From contig CM120647.1 of the NCBI GenBank assembly GCA_051362555.1, forward strand, positions 19,010,651 through 19,074,650: a DNA stretch of 64,000 nt. Direction: 5' to 3'. Of this stretch, positions 1-14,173 are shown in pieces; position 1 is the stretch's first letter; every line of letters starts with the position of its first letter. The DNA is from Lingula anatina (Eukaryota; Animalia; Brachiopoda). The translations under genes were made by a program, and so were the position numbers. The notes under the pieces were generated by a model, which had not been told where the DNA came from, did not search any database, and was given only the letters and a program-made list of their open reading frames with translations.

Positions 1-720
1 AAAAACACAATTAACAAAAAAGCTCAATAAGTACGAATGCGTTTTTTTTTTTTTAGTTTTAGCTGGGTCACATCCAGGGCGCAGTGATTATACAAATTTT
101 GTTGGCTGCCTTTTTTCGCTTACCCTAACATGAAATCCAAAACTTTAAATTTATGCTGATGTATATGGATCATCGTTTTAATAGCCATGTTTTTATACCT
201 CTATTCCAGCCAAATATATGTAATGCGCTTAATATGACAAGTGAATGTATCAGGCTTATCCTGCAAAACATGCCGCAGGCCATTTACAGGGTATACAGTG
301 TAACGTCGTTGATAAGTGCCACCGTCTTGTAACCTTATTAGTAGATTAGAATGAGTGTTGTCAGTTACGTACAGTAATACATGTAGTATAAGGTGTTATA
401 TAAAGTTGATTATTTTGTTTTCGTTTCCGTTGCAGTCCTGGGAGGTTTTATCTACATAAAATGTGATATATATATGCATATCTGTAATGTTCTATGTTAA
501 ACCGTTCAGGAATGGACTTAAACATGAGCTACGGCACTAAATGCCATTTGCTCTCACTTTAATCAATGTTTGAACAATAATTGAAAGCCTTCTGGATTAA
601 CTGCGACCTCATTTTCAGTGTCATCCACATTACCCCAGTGATTTGTTTCTCATTCACTTTATTAATCTTTTAAAGAGGGCTCAGCACAAAGTAGACGAGA
701 CTGGTTAAGTGCAGTAAAAC

Positions 721-2150
721 ATGAGGATGAGGCGTTGGTGGATTCTTCTGATTGTGTTAGTTGCGCTGTGCGCTGCTATCAGCATTTTGTGGATGTGCGG
801 CGAGAGACTGGCGAGGCTGAAAGGTAAGATATATATACCTTGGATGTGTGTGTGTGTGTGAGTGTGTGAATATTGGCATTAGTGCTAAGAGTCTATGCTT
901 TGTCATCATTGCTTAAAAGATAAGGAAAATCAACCGTTAGAAAACGTCAAGATACAAAAACGGAGGATAGAACTCAGTGTATTTATTGTTTACTACCTTT
1001 TAAAAGATACATATTTCATTTGATATAAAAGAAAAAAAAATGATTATTGAAATTCTAAACAATCAATTCTGTAAATGTATTTTGTCTTTCTGAGGTAACC
1101 TGTTTGCAATACACGCACGTAATACATGTACATGTAATATTTGTTTCTTTGCCTTTAAACCATGTTCAGTATTTTACCATTTATATATTTTTTCTTATAT
1201 CAGCTCATCTGCCTTTGATTGGGCCTGCAAAAAGTCGAGAGCTGCAAAAGCCTTTGAAAGCTAACAGTGCCTTGAAATACTTGGGTAAACCCAGTCAAGC
1301 ATCCGTGTTAAATGTAAAATTTGAAACAATTAAACACCCCAGTGTCGACACCAGGAAGTCACCAGTAAACTCCAAAAACGATTTAATAATCGTTACAGCT
1401 TCAGACAAAGACAGCTTCAATTCACTCTCAAATCTGGTGGGTTCCATCCACTTTTGGGAGCCAAAGACAAAAATCATCATTTACGACATTGGATTGGATG
1501 AAAAACAGCGGCACCAGATCCGGAAGTGGTGCATGACGTCACTGGTGTCCTTCGATTTCTCCAGGTACCCAAAACATGTGAAATCTCTGAAACAGCGAGT
1601 GGTAAAACCCATCATTCTAAAAGAAGTCTTGGAAACCCACCACCGCGTTCTTTGGATGGACCCCGAGACTGATGTGCGGGGATCACTAACCGTGATCAGG
1701 GAGCACCTGGAAAGAGACTTGAATTTCTATCTACTTGACCAAGACAAAGACATGAGAAAGCGTTCCCACAAGGGGACGTTCAAATATTTCCATAAGAAAA
1801 AGAAGGCATTTAAAGCCAAATCCTCTTTCTCTGAGCTCGTGAGCGGATGGGTGAAAGGTAGCGAAGCTCACCGGAAGATTCTACTCACGTGGGAGAGGTG
1901 TGCACGTGACATCAACTGCGTGGCGCCCCCTGGGTCCAATGCACGAAACCACCGCTACACGCAAACCGCGTTGTCAATTTTGACTTACTCCTCGCGCATG
2001 CGCATCACCACGCATAACAGCCTCGTTGCCGTGCAGCGCTACCAGCTAGACCGTAACCCCAGAAACAGCAGTAGGCGGATTATTAATCTCGGGAGACAGA
2101 AGAGCAAAGATTATATTACCATGATTTGCAGGAAAAATGATACGGCTTGA
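721..2150 (+). CDS. Two-exon type II membrane protein with a DUF1647-like / glycosyltransferase-like luminal domain; join(721..823,1204..2150), 349 aa
   Basis: ATG at 721 gives MRMRRWWILLIVLVALCAAISILWMCG (basic residues then a TM helix). Donor AAG|GTAAGA at 823/824 (phase 1) and acceptor CAG|CT at 1203/1204 restore the frame of ORF 1104..2150. Motifs IVTASD, IIYDIGL, KPIIL..VLWMD and CVAPPGS..NHRY.Q.ALSIL resemble the DUF1647 family (from memory). Confidence 0.8.
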
Positions 2151-2525
2151 TCGAGATAGTTGCCATCGCTTTCGTATCAGTGAATGTGGCAACAGGATTA
2201 ACAGGTGAAATAGTGAAAAATGGCGATGTGTTTTTCCGCTCATTAATTCCCATTCATTCTGTAAGGAGACGATAAGAATTTCACATATCATCATACAATT
2301 CTTTGTGGTGACCGCTTATGAGACGCTATGCAATATTTCATGTGACTATAAATTGTTATTATATTATGGTTTCTATTCAGAATATACACTTACCGAGAAA
2401 AAAAAAAAGCACCAGTATATGCATGAGCACTATTATTCGGCTATTCTATGCAATATGATATAAGCAACATTAGATTGGAATGGCTTGCGAGAATATGACA
2501 AAATAACTATAACAGCGCTTTGTTG

Positions 2526-2559
<34 letters not shown>

Positions 2560-2750
2560 CATTTCCTCGCGGAAAATTTCTTGTAGGAGTCCAATAATAG
2601 GAATTTGTTTAAAAATCCTGTGGGATGTCCTTAATTGTCCTATAAGACCCTATTGGAAATTTGCCCAAGATGCTACAGTGATAGGCTCCTTTAGGACATA
2701 TGTCATAGACAGCAAGCCTCTTGGATGTATGATAGACTGTCCAATATACA

Positions 2751-2924
2751 CAGGCCCGTAGCCAGTAATTTCAAATGGGGGTCCGTTTTCTGAAAAAGTG
2801 GACCTTTTACCATTAAACCTTCATGTACCTAGATCAAATTTTATCCAAAGAGGACCTTTTTCCAGCAAAAAGGGCGGTTCTTTCGAACCCCCCGAACCCC
2901 CCCCCCCCCCCGGCTACGGGCCTG
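2751..2924. mobile_element. MITE with CAGGCCCGTAGCC TIRs and a 5-bp TSD (ATACA)
   Basis: TIRs caggcccgtagcc / ggctacgggcctg, with ataca on both flanks; second copy at 4297. Confidence 0.8.
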
Positions 2925-4296
2925 ATACATGTACTACTGCTTGGGTAGTCCTTTAGACTTTCTATATTGTCCCTTACAGTCACAGTGTACATGCACAAAG
3001 AACTCCTGTAATATTTGTATATTCTGCAGAACTGTTACAGGTACACGCTTTCTATTCTTATACACAGAGTTTACAAACGTATGCTTTTCTATTTATTCAT
3101 ATATTTCTAACATATCATGTCATTCATAAGAGGAGGTAATGTTTTTATCCCCGCTAGTCTGAAACCTGTTGTTTTTTTTATGAATAGGCGGAATTCATAA
3201 CTGTTCAGGAAAGAGACATTAGTTAAAAATCAAAATCGCTATTTTCAAAACAAAAACGCTGCTCTTTCGTCATCAGTTCGAATTAGCGATGTATGTTTGA
3301 CGTGACATCATTAGCCCATTATTATTTCTGCCTCAAGCGGGTAAAGAAACAGATCCCCCTTAAAGCCTCGGTCACAACCGGACGCACGCATTTCAGAATT
3401 GAGCAAATCTTTAAAAAAGTTGAAAATTGTTGTACACGTTTCACAGTCGACGTTCGTTGTAAAGACACGAGCGTGCGACGTGAGCACGCCTTTTATACAC
3501 CAGGCTTGGTGGTGACGCATGTGCGACACATTCCCGGTGTGCTCTCTACTTCGTTCGTTAGTTGTGAAGGCGTGCGCCTTACTCAACACGCAAGGGCACT
3601 TGCTTCTTCATTGCTTGCGACGTGCGTCTTGCACAACGCGCGTCTCTCTTGCTAAAGCCAAGGTCCCAACTACGTTTTGCACGCACGGTTTTTAGGTTCC
3701 TTGCGTCGGGCTAGGACGTAGATCGCACGTAGCGACTGTTGATTATGTCGACAAGTTAAGCCTAGGTCCCAACTACGTTTTGGACGCACCGACACTCAGG
3801 GTACCTTTTCCTTTCACCTGTTCAGAATTACATTAACAAAACCAGCCCTTGTTTACGTGTAATTAAATGTTCACTTTGCGTTACTTTTTTTTACTTCATT
3901 CATCATTCTTTGTCGTATATTATTATGATATGTAGTGTATGAATTAATTTCGGTTTCATTTTGCAATGCAACCAGTATATCTCTGTCACGTAACGTACTG
4001 TGCGTAGCTAAAATGTTTTTGTGGCTGCGGAAGAGAAAAAGAGGTGTTTGTCGTAAATGATGACAAGATTGATACCAAAGAGTTGGAACCAGGTCCTGGT
4101 TGAAGCAACAGGTGTTATTTTTTTAACAACAAATGTGATATTATAATTAACAAAATGTGTGAATCATCTAATTTTAGTCTGCGACGGCTATCTACGACCT
4201 TTTACCGTACTGACAGCAAGCAAACAAAGTTTCTTATTCATGCAATTGTCACTTCTTGGTTATATTACCGTTAGTTGTCGGGGATACCTCAATATT

Positions 4297-4463
4297 CAGG
4301 CCCGTAGCCAGCAATTTCAAATGGGGGGTTCATTTTCTGAAAAAGTGGACCTTTTGCCATAAAACTTTCATGTACCTAGATCAAATTTTATCCAGAGTGG
4401 ACCTTTTCCCAGCAAAAGGGCGGTTCTTTCGAACCTTCCGAACCCCCCTTGGCTAGGGGCCTG
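4297..4463. mobile_element. Second copy of the 2751 MITE
   Basis: Near-identical internal sequence; flanks atatt/ctatt (degenerate TSD). A partial third copy lies at about 31745-31828. Confidence 0.8.
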
Positions 4464-6015
4464 CTATTTAAAAAAAAATATTCAAAACTCAGCCATACGT
4501 CTCCTCCGTAGAACAAGTCCTATCCCATCATAACAGTTCTCCACTAGCTACATGTACATGTACGGTGTATCTCAATGAATGGCCCTTAAGATATTACTCC
4601 TTCATTTTAAATGATGTGTAAACACAGTATATTTAAAGAAAAATTTGATTAACTTATGCCATTAAGTCTTAATTACTTTTCTATTTGATTTTTTTAAAAT
4701 TAACCTGTGTGGTTTTAATATCAAAACGGCAAAGAATGCAAAACTGAGACATACGTGTACTCTGTATTACCGCCGCATTTTAACGTTGTGAACTGGTGGA
4801 AGCGTCCATTCAACCCATTCACACTTCTAGAAAAGGCCATTTGGTTTATAATAGGTGATGCACTGAAAGAATAAAGGGTACTGCCATTAAAGAGGACGCA
4901 ACTTAGGAAGACAGGCCGAAAGAATAAAGAAAGCAAGGCTTAAATTTGCTGTCTTGACTGATCGGCAACTCTGGCAATCTTGTGAACCCTTGACTTTTAA
5001 CCCAAAGTTATGGTGACGGCAGAGTGAAATTTCACACAAATTTTGTTACCTTTAAAGCGAGTTTACAAATAGCCTTCACATCCATATAACTGCCAGGATA
5101 GAAACATAAATACAACTGTTTCCGAGAAAGTCTGAATCGCCCAGACATTAATGGTTTTTATTTCGAAAGCGTATTTTTGCTTTTGTAAACGCTTTGAGCA
5201 ATGCTGGCAAGTTTGTAATGCTAAAATTAATTCTATCTACTTTGCACGGGAATACAGTGTAGGATGCGTGGAAAAAGATGATGGAAGGTTTGGGTAGCTG
5301 TTTCATACTATATAGAGATTGCTGATACTGTTTTTACAGAGCTGTGAACAATACTGGTGTTCTTGATTAAAAAAAGTATTTTAATCTACTTAACTTGATG
5401 GTGCAATGGGGATTGAATGGAGAAAGATGATGAAATGTTGAATATTTTTGTGAAAATGAAAATGCAACATAGATCAGTCAGCCAGCTAATCAGGAGTGCT
5501 CGTCTATCATACTTAATTTGTATCATATGTGGTTTGGATACTGTTGAGAACACAGAGGCTGAAAGAGCTAGGACATAAAATATTGGGCACAACACAGACA
5601 CATAAACTTATTATAAAATTTATTATTATTAATCTTCGCTATTGGAGCAAAAATTGAATTTCAATTGAAGGTGTTTCACTACTCTCCCCTCAGCGGTAAA
5701 GGATCTTTTCTGAAATAGATTTTAAGTCTTAAAACTGAGGCCGGCTCACGGCGACGGAGCCTTTGGGGGGGGGGGGGTCGAATTATAATAATAATAATAA
5801 TAATAATAATAAGTATTATTATTATTATAATTATTATTCTATATTATTATTCTATATTATTATTAGTAGTAGTAGTAATAAAAACAACCCCAGAGATGTA
5901 GTAAACAAGTGGCAGAATGATTTATCACCTGTTTTATGTTTTTTATGTACAGACACAGATGTGTCTGTACATATAGCCATCATCTGCGTCTGTCGTCGCC
6001 GTCGCCGTCGTCGCT

Positions 6016-6056
<41 letters not shown>

Positions 6057-6062
6057 GCACTT

Positions 6063-7000
6063 TTACCGATAACACGATAAGTGGAAAACCATTTTGCCTT
6101 TTGATTTGAAACTTGCAGAACTGATGAATATTCATAATACGCAGGTCAAGTTCGAAAATCAGCATGATCGGGTCACTCTTAGGGAATTTATGCTGTTTTT
6201 TCACTTTTTTCAACATATATGCAGCACCGATAACACGATAAGTGGAAAACCATTGTACCTTTTGGCTTGAAACTTACAGTACTGATGAACATTCATAATA
6301 CGCAGGTCGAGTTCGAAAATCAGCATGATCGGGTCACTTATAGGGAATTTATGCTGTTTTTTCACTTTTTTCAGCATATATGCAGCACCGATAACACGAT
6401 AAGTGGAAAACCATTTTACCTTTTGGCTTGAAACTTACAGAACTGATGAATATTCATAATACGCAGGTCAAGTTCGAAAATCAGCGTGATTGGGTCATTT
6501 TTAGTGAATTTAGGCTATTTTTTCTCTTTTTTCAGCATATATGCAGCACCGATAACATCATAAATGGAAAACCATTTGACCTTTTGGCTTGAAACCTACA
6601 GAACTGATGAATATTCATAATACGCAGGTCAAGTTCGAAAATCAGCATGATTGGGTCATTTTTAGTGAATTTAGGCTATTTTTTCACTTTTTTTCAGCAT
6701 TTTTGAAGCACTGATAACACAATAAATGAAGAGCTGTTTTACCCTTTGGCTTAAAACTTACAGAACTGATAAATATTCATAATACGCAGGTCAAGTTTGA
6801 AAATCAGCACGATCGGGTCACTTATAGGGAATTTATGCTGTTTTTTTTTCACTTTTTTCAGTATATATGCAACACTGATAACACAATATAAGAAAAACAG
6901 ATTGGCCAATTGTCATTATACTCACAGGAGGGGCCAATCTTACTAAAACGCAGGTTGAGTTTGAAAATCAGCATAATCAGTCCATTATTTTAAAAGGTAA
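6063..7000. repeat. Tandem array of about 161-bp units (about 6 copies)
   Basis: Unit starts acYgataacac at about 6065, 6226, 6387, 6547, 6710 and 6873. Confidence 0.9.
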
Positions 7001-7399
7001 TGCTGTTTTTTCACATTTCCTCACATTCAATTCTTAGGCATGTTAACAGTCTCATTATTGAACTAATAAGATACGTAAATGTGTTTGTTTGGCATTTCCT
7101 GCATCTTTACAACATTGTTAGTTGATTTTGTAAAAATGATGGTAAACTTGTTATCATGTATTGTGTAATAAAGTGTCAAAAATGGAAATAAACTCATATC
7201 ATTGCAGTTTGTCAGATGCATTCATCCACTATGTTCAGAATCTCAGAATGGAGGAAGTTGGGCATTTAAAACTGTTCTATTGATACTTTTCCCATCTCAT
7301 CAATTTTCTTCATTGGTCATATAAAAATGGCAGTAAACTGTTTATTTTGTTTTATGTTTAAAAAGTGTTAAAAATGGAAATAAACCCATTTCAGAACAG

Positions 7400-8830
7400 T
7401 GCTGTATTGTTTACATTTTGGCATTTTCAATATGTGACTTTGAAGTTCCATGGGCCTGAAGGCTTTTGCTAGTCACATTTTCTGAATAACCATGATACTA
7501 ATATTTCATAATTAAAAATTGATGGTCATTATGCTGTAAAACATTATGTAATATTGCATGAAAATTTGAAGAAACCCCTATTTTGGGCACTGCTCCCATG
7601 ATGACCATTTAAGGAAAATCATGTCACTTACTGTTCTCAAACTTACAGGAAAGAAACATGGGACTAAAATACAGCTCCAGTAGGCAATGCAGTCTGTTTG
7701 GTAAATTTTTCTGGCAATTAAACAGTTTTTTGTGAAAATTTAATTTTTCACTTATTGGCATTTTCACGGTGTGACTTTGAAGTTCCATGATCCTGACGAC
7801 CTTTGCTTGTCACATTTTCTGAATATCCGTGATACTAATATTTTATAATTAAAAATTGATGGTCATTATGCTGTTAAACATTATGTAATGTTGCATCAAA
7901 ATTTGAAGAAACCCCTATTTTGGGCACTGCTCCCATGATGACCATTTAACAAAAATCATGTCAATTACTGTTCTCAAACTTACAGGAAAGAAACATGGGT
8001 CTAAAATACAGCTTCAGTAGGCAATGCAGTCTGTTTGGTAAATTTTTCTGGCAATTAAACAGTTTTTTGTGAAAATTTAATTTTTCACATATTGACATTT
8101 CCAAGGTGCGACTTAGAACCTCCACGGGCTTGAAGACCCGTGCTAGTCACATTTTGTGAAAATCCATGACACTTATATTTTATTATTAAAAATCGATGGT
8201 CATTATGCTGTTAAGCATTATGTAATGTTGCATCAAAATAGAAGAAAACACAATTTTTGGTGCTGCTGCCTTGATGACCATTATGGAAAAACCGTGTTAC
8301 TTATGACTGTCAAACTTTCAAAAAAGAAACACAGGACTAAAATGCAGCCTGAGTTAGAAAAGCAGTCTAATTGGCTTCTTTTTCTGGAAGTTATACATTT
8401 TAGTGTTATATTCATTATCTTTTTTGGCATATTCATTGTGGGACTCGGAGCTCCCATGGACATGAAGCCAAATGGTAATCATATTTTCTACATGTCCATC
8501 CTATTTATAGTCAATAAACAAAAATTGGTGATAATTATTCTCTAATTTATTATGTAATGTTACATCAAAATTGACAATCTTTTCGCACTGCTACTGCAAA
8601 CATTATGAAAAGAAAACTGTGCTACTTATTATAATTTTAAACTTACAAGTACGATTTTTAGGATTGGCCTTCAGCTCATGAGAAAACCAGCTCTATTGGA
8701 TTATCATGTTTATTGTATTTATGCATTTTTTGTGAAATTTTCATTTTTCTCAATCTGGCACTTTCTAAGTATAAACTTGAACTCTGATGGGCCTGAAGCC
8801 TTATGCTTTTACTTTCGTCTGTGTTACCTG
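7400..8830. repeat. Tandem array of about 337-bp units (about 4 copies, decaying toward the 3' end)
   Basis: tgtgactttgaagttccatg-like starts at about 7433, 7770, 8106 and 8438; the first two units are nearly identical. Confidence 0.8.
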
Positions 8831-9176
8831 TTGTGCATAAGTTGATGTTGACTGTGCAGTTAAACATAATGTATTATTGCATCAGGATTGGTATTCTCCT
8901 ATTTTGGGCATTATGGTTTTGTGCCTTTCTTAAGGTGTGACTTATGGGCCTGAAGACCTTTGAGTGGGTCAGTCTGTAAATTACCCTTGGGTATCACTAG
9001 ATTAATTTCAGAGTTATAAAGTCATTTGCTTTATAGGCCATTAAATGAGATTACGTAAAGCACACTTGTTGATATTTCCCTGTAAACTCCCAAAGGTAAA
9101 GCTCTTTGCTAGATTAATAATAAGGAAGCAGTGATAATTATGCAGGTAAATTTTGTTTAATATTGCAAATAAGTTT

Positions 9177-9231
<55 letters not shown>

Positions 9232-9277
9232 AACTGGAAGATTAAAAGTTTGAATAGCAGCTTCATTGGAATTATAT

Positions 9278-9513
9278 TTACCTCAAGCTCTGCCAAGGAG
9301 GTTATATTTTCACCCCTGTTTGTCTGTCATCCACATAACACAAAAAGTTATGGACTGATTTTGCAGAAATTTTCAGGAACTGTCGGAAGTGGGCCAAAGA
9401 GGACAATGATTAATTTTTGGTGGTGGTCCGGATCAATAATCAATCAATTATCAATAATAATCAACAATTGCTGCCTTGGCAGAGGTCTGCACTCTCAAAG
9501 TGCTTTTCTAGTT
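9278..9513 (+). mobile_element. Small nested HINE/DINE-like element
   Basis: Inverted repeats ctctgccaagg / ccttggcagag, a tgtttgtctgtc microsatellite seed, 3' hairpin gcact-ctcaa-agtgc and terminal CTAGTT. Confidence 0.65.
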
Positions 9514-10290
9514 TTGTTGTTTTTCTTTATAATTTTTTCTCAAACACTTGCATTTGTGACTTTTAGCTCTGCACATTTTCTGTATTTCTACATAAGCAGT
9601 TGTATTGTTTTTTATGTCTTTAAACATTATGTAATATTATTTTATGCACTGTCATCATTTTTCAAATATTGAGACTTTCATAATGTGAATTTGAACTCTC
9701 ATGGTCCTGAAACTGTAATCTTATTGAAGGGGTGGATTGAGACCATCTTCTGGGTCTTCCGGAAGACAGTCAGGTTATTAAGTTTATATTGACTGGTATC
9801 TATTTTTTTCTGTTGGAAGACCATCAAAATGGAGGATGGATCAACATAGATACTTTGTAATACTGTCAGAAAATATCTCTGGGTCCGCTCCTGTTATTGA
9901 CCATGTCACCTGTTGTGCAAGATTAAAATTCAGTGTTGACTGACAGTGCTATTATAAGCATTATTTATTATTGCATCAAAATTGACAAAATGACCTTTTT
10001 TGCATCTTTATTTTCTGTTTTTTGTCTGTACATTTGACAGCTTTGCTGCCTTGTTTATTATTTATGTGTTACTTTACTAAAAATGAGATGTTTATATTGG
10101 TAAAAACAGGTGTATACACAGGATTCAAGTTAAATTGGATGAACAAAAAGAAGCGCATTTATATTGATCCAAATAGAGATGGCATTGTACAGCTAATCGG
10201 GTCGAACAAAATGTAAACAAGGCGAGTCAGGCGAGACTATTGTAATTCACAGAGAGAAAGGTATGCAAGCCAATTTCTTCTGCCAATTAC

Positions 10291-10321
<31 letters not shown>

Positions 10322-11110
10322 CCGACAGGGCCAGAGCTTCATCAGAATTTAAATTGGGGAAAATTATGTTCAATTTATGAATGACTTTGAACAGACTTAC
10401 ACTGTTTGCAGTGCCAGCATGCCACACTGGGCAGGCATATTTTAGAATCGAGTGCCCTTTAACCAAAGTTAAGGTGACGTCGTCACCAATGGCAGAGACA
10501 ATTTTATAAACTCCGTGTAGAGGTTTTGTGTGAATAAAGTTTGAACAAACCTACAGCTGCAGTAAAAACTCCACGTACCTGTAGCTTTCATAACTTTGAA
10601 ACAAAGTTTACAAAGTTTGATAAACTTCACGATCATGCACTTACCTGCTGATGAAAATAAAAATAAAGAACAAAAATAAACTGTTTCCGTCTAGACATAA
10701 GCGGGTTTTGTTTTTAAAGCGTCACTTCTGTTTTTGCAAACGCTTTGAACAATACTGGTATTTTGAAAGGGTGAAAGGTTTGCAAAGCCGTTTAACAGTG
10801 TATAAATTGCTGAGACCGCTTGACACAAAATTAATTAGATACTGATAGAAAGGATCTCGGATCTCGCATACAAGATCTCTGGAACAATTCTGCCGAAAGT
10901 GTGTCCATGAAATTCTGCATAGTATAAGCATGCATTTCATGACACTGATTCCGTTTTTAAGCATTAAGTTACTTAATTTTTTACTATCTACATGTACATG
11001 CATCTGGATTTTCTTTATCGTTGTTGACAGCAAATAGGTACGTTTTCAGTGTCTTTTGAAAGTAAGATTGCGTTTGCTCAATTTTATATTGTCATTTTTC
11101 ATTTCAGAAG

Positions 11111-11376
11111 ATGACTTGCATCTCAGTGCTTGTTTATTTGCGTGTTGTCTGGCAGTTGTCTGGCAACAAACAAACGCCGTGTGCTGCTATGCTGTAGCGA
11201 AATGAGGGTTCTGCGGCGACTGCTCTAGGGTACCGTATAACTGGTTTTGCTTTTCAGACGTCAAACAGATCCTAACTATTGTAAGGCTTTGTACCGAGTT
11301 CAAAATGGGACTTGTGTAAGGAAGTTCACTTTACATAGTTTATTGCAATTTGATATCTCGCCTGGTAATTAATCCT

Positions 11377-11418
<42 letters not shown>

Positions 11419-12344
11419 AAGGCAAGCAGGTAGAGAAAACCATAACTGCTCATTTTACATTACAGAAAAATCCTCACTGTGGAAAAGGAGGTTGTAATAT
11501 TTTCGGTTGTGCATGTAGAGATGGCTGTAGAAATTACTGCGGACCCGTTTCAACGTAAGTTAAGTCTTTGTCTGCCCCCTCTCTCTCTATCATTTCAATT
11601 CCATACAAATAAAGATGGATATTCTCCAGTAATTAGATTGGTATGTGCGCGGGTGTGTAAGTAAATCCTAGCAGCTAACGTCTTCCACGCTCCGTGCATT
11701 TAAGGAGTTTTCCCATACCTTATCGTACTAACTTTGGATCGCTCTATCTACAAGGGGATTCTTGCTAATTTGCAATCGAACAAAGCGGGTAAGATGTCTG
11801 TCACGCCTCCGGAAGGTGCTAGGTGGAAATTATTGTTTAGCAGCTTCAGTTGGCGTGGAAGACATCTAAGCCGCTTAAGCTGAAAGCAATTAAGCGAGAA
11901 ACCCCATAATTAATACTATTGAATAAATAAATGGAAACTGAACATGGAGTTTCCATCAAAATCATCTATACCAGTGTAACGTGACAGAGAGTCCCCCATG
12001 ACAGAAACTCCGCCTCCCATTCATTTTTACAGGTAAACCACGCCCTTGATTTTGATTCACTTCGGTCAGGCTAACCCTAACCATTCTGATTACATGGAGG
12101 GCGTACTTTCTGTTACACGAACCCTCGATTTCTTTACTTCAGTTTGGTTTACTGAGCTGACGTCCTTTTTTCAGTGTGAAATCACGTGGATGGTTGAGGA
12201 AACCAGACAGCTCTTGCAGATGCACTCGCTTAAATGGAAAGGACGCCGAGGATGGTGAGATGGACGCCAGGGGAGTGTTTAACGCCATTGATGCATAGGG
12301 GTGAGTTTGAACGATGATTGCACATCGCACTTAACAAACACTCA

Positions 12345-12397
<53 letters not shown>

Positions 12398-13090
12398 GGA
12401 GAGTTACAAGATACACCTATAATTAAAATATGCAATAGCAAACTTCAAGCCAACAGTAAATTGTTTCTCTTCCGTATACTAAGCAAAAGTGTAAAAGGAC
12501 ATCTAATGTTGATAAAATAACAAATTATGACACTTTGTCAACCCTTGCTAAACTACTTCTTAGTGACCATAAACTCCACAACAAAACTGGGCGGCAGACC
12601 AGGCCAAAAACTACACGTGCGACAGAATCTGTCGCCTGTGAACCCAAGGGGTAATTGAAGATGAATACCATTTTATATTCCAATGCCCAATGTACAAAGC
12701 AGTCTGAGACACCTTATTTAAGTAAAACCTCAACCTTAAATGCTGATAGAAGGTCAGCAGTCAGCTAATTCAGTTAAGGCATTCTTAATTACAAAGCGGC
12801 GTTTTTTTCTGAGTCATATTTCAGGTAAACAAAAACATCGAACTACGCCTACAGTACTGTATATATAGTGACGATAAGCCAAAAACGATAGCTTATTCAT
12901 TTAAAAATGGGCTCTGGATCGTTGAATATTGTTATGTTATTACAGCATGCTTATCATCGGAGTTTTTGTTGTTTTTTTTTTGGAATACACGATTAAATCC
13001 ACTAAAATGCTGCACATACAAACAACCTGCTGCCATGATTCAAACCCACATTACGCCATTACAACGTAACGGTCTGTAAGCCCCCAATCC

Positions 13091-13157
<67 letters not shown>

Positions 13158-13413
13158 GCCCCAGCTGCATCCACAGTGTTCAAGAAGATTGCAGTTTATA
13201 GTGTATGAATCAATTCTCTACCACGGCACATCTGTGATGTGAACACCAAATTGTATTATATTAAAATATAGTTTGTTTTTTATGCTTTAGAGCTGGCTAT
13301 CTAAACTCCGATGAATTCAACGCTGCCCATTTCAACATACATGATCAGGACTGAGAAGGGGATTAAAGGAGCGTTTGAAGACTTGGAAAAAAATGTTCGA
13401 TCTTGATCAGTAA
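11111..13413 (+). pseudogene. Mytimycin-like precursor pseudogene (psi1); exons 11111..11229, 11466..11554, 12175..12300, about 13291..13413
   Basis: Same tttcagaagATG context as the intact copies. Exon 1 is frameshifted and has TGA (QQTNAVCCYAVAK*GFCGDCSR). Exon 2 is an intact 89 nt (KNPHCGKGGCNIFGCACRDGCRNYCGPVS). Exon 3 reads VKSRGWLRKPDSSCRCT...VFNAIDA* (TAG 12296-12298) with a GG|GTGAGT donor. The EF exon is decayed (AGYLNSDEF..GAFED). Confidence 0.85.
11703..11906. mobile_element. Degenerate copy of the TTCCCATACC..AGGGGA MITE family in psi1 intron 2
   Basis: Similar to 21056-21274 (ttcccatacc...ggatc...aaggggatt..gctaa...ttagcagcttc). Confidence 0.5.
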
Positions 13414-14173
13414 TGACTTTAATCTTCGCTGAAAAAGAACTGAACCCACGAAATTTAACTGAACTTAGGAATAATGTGAGGCAGAACAATGTCGCTGCTA
13501 AATAAATTCAGATTGTCAAATGCAACCAATATTGTTATTGTTATGTGCTATTTTCAGTTTGACTGATTTTTGTAGGGGAACGAAAAGAGCGCATTTCAGC
13601 ACCTATATATTAATTAATTAATTAATTAATTAATTAATATAATCCATTATTATTTCCCGGTATAAATGACATATATCCTATCTGGTTAATGGTTGGACTG
13701 GACCATTCCATGAAGCGTGGAGATGAGCTGAAACAACAGCTAGAAGACGCCACTAACAGAGACAATAAAAATAAATATAAAAAAGAGTTTAATGTAATGG
13801 CCGTGCTTTTTTATTTTTAAGAGAGCGTTTCGTCTGATTTTGCAGGTCTTAAACAATACTTATTTTTTTTACCCCAAAATGACTTTAATCTACCATACAC
13901 TGTGAGGCAATATAGGGCCGTGGGTGGATTCTGCTGACTGAAGTACGCTAGTCTCATTGTGAACGCAACCACAGACGCATCCTACAGTGCCGCCGGAAAG
14001 TAACCTTACCAAGAGGCCGCATGGACTCCCAACCCTTCCAACCAATAAAGGCCGCATGATAATTACAGGGTGGGATAATCGGCCAGTAATCTTTATCGGA
14101 CACCCAAATTAGTCCGTTCAAGGAGTACGCTCTGCTCATTCTTAATAGAGGGTACCGGAGGAGAGGGATTGTG

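Larger units (their letters stand above)
5940..10055 (+). mobile_element. Non-autonomous Helentron/DINE-1-like (HINE, pearl-like) element carrying internal tandem arrays
   Basis: 5' hairpin atgtacagacac-agat-gtgtctgtacat (5945-5972), then a (CGTCGC)n microsatellite and central tandem repeats. The 3' end has subTIR tgtctgtacat (10023-10033), hairpin gacagc-ttt-gctgcc and TT. Confidence 0.7.

Noticed and set aside
1104-1203. N-terminal part of the 348-aa ORF
   Set aside because: Intronic; the likely N-terminus is exon 721-823.
3293-3790. 120-aa ORF and repeated taaagcc..ggtc.caac motifs
   Set aside because: Look like fragments of TIR elements; no protein motif and no resolvable boundaries.
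5763-6216. Poly-Arg and Asp-Gly ORFs
   Set aside because: Translations of the (CGTCGC)n and (AAT)n microsatellites.
6063-7000. Regular repeat array as a possible CRISPR
   Set aside because: Whole 161-bp units repeat with no unique spacers, no cas genes are present, and the context is eukaryotic.
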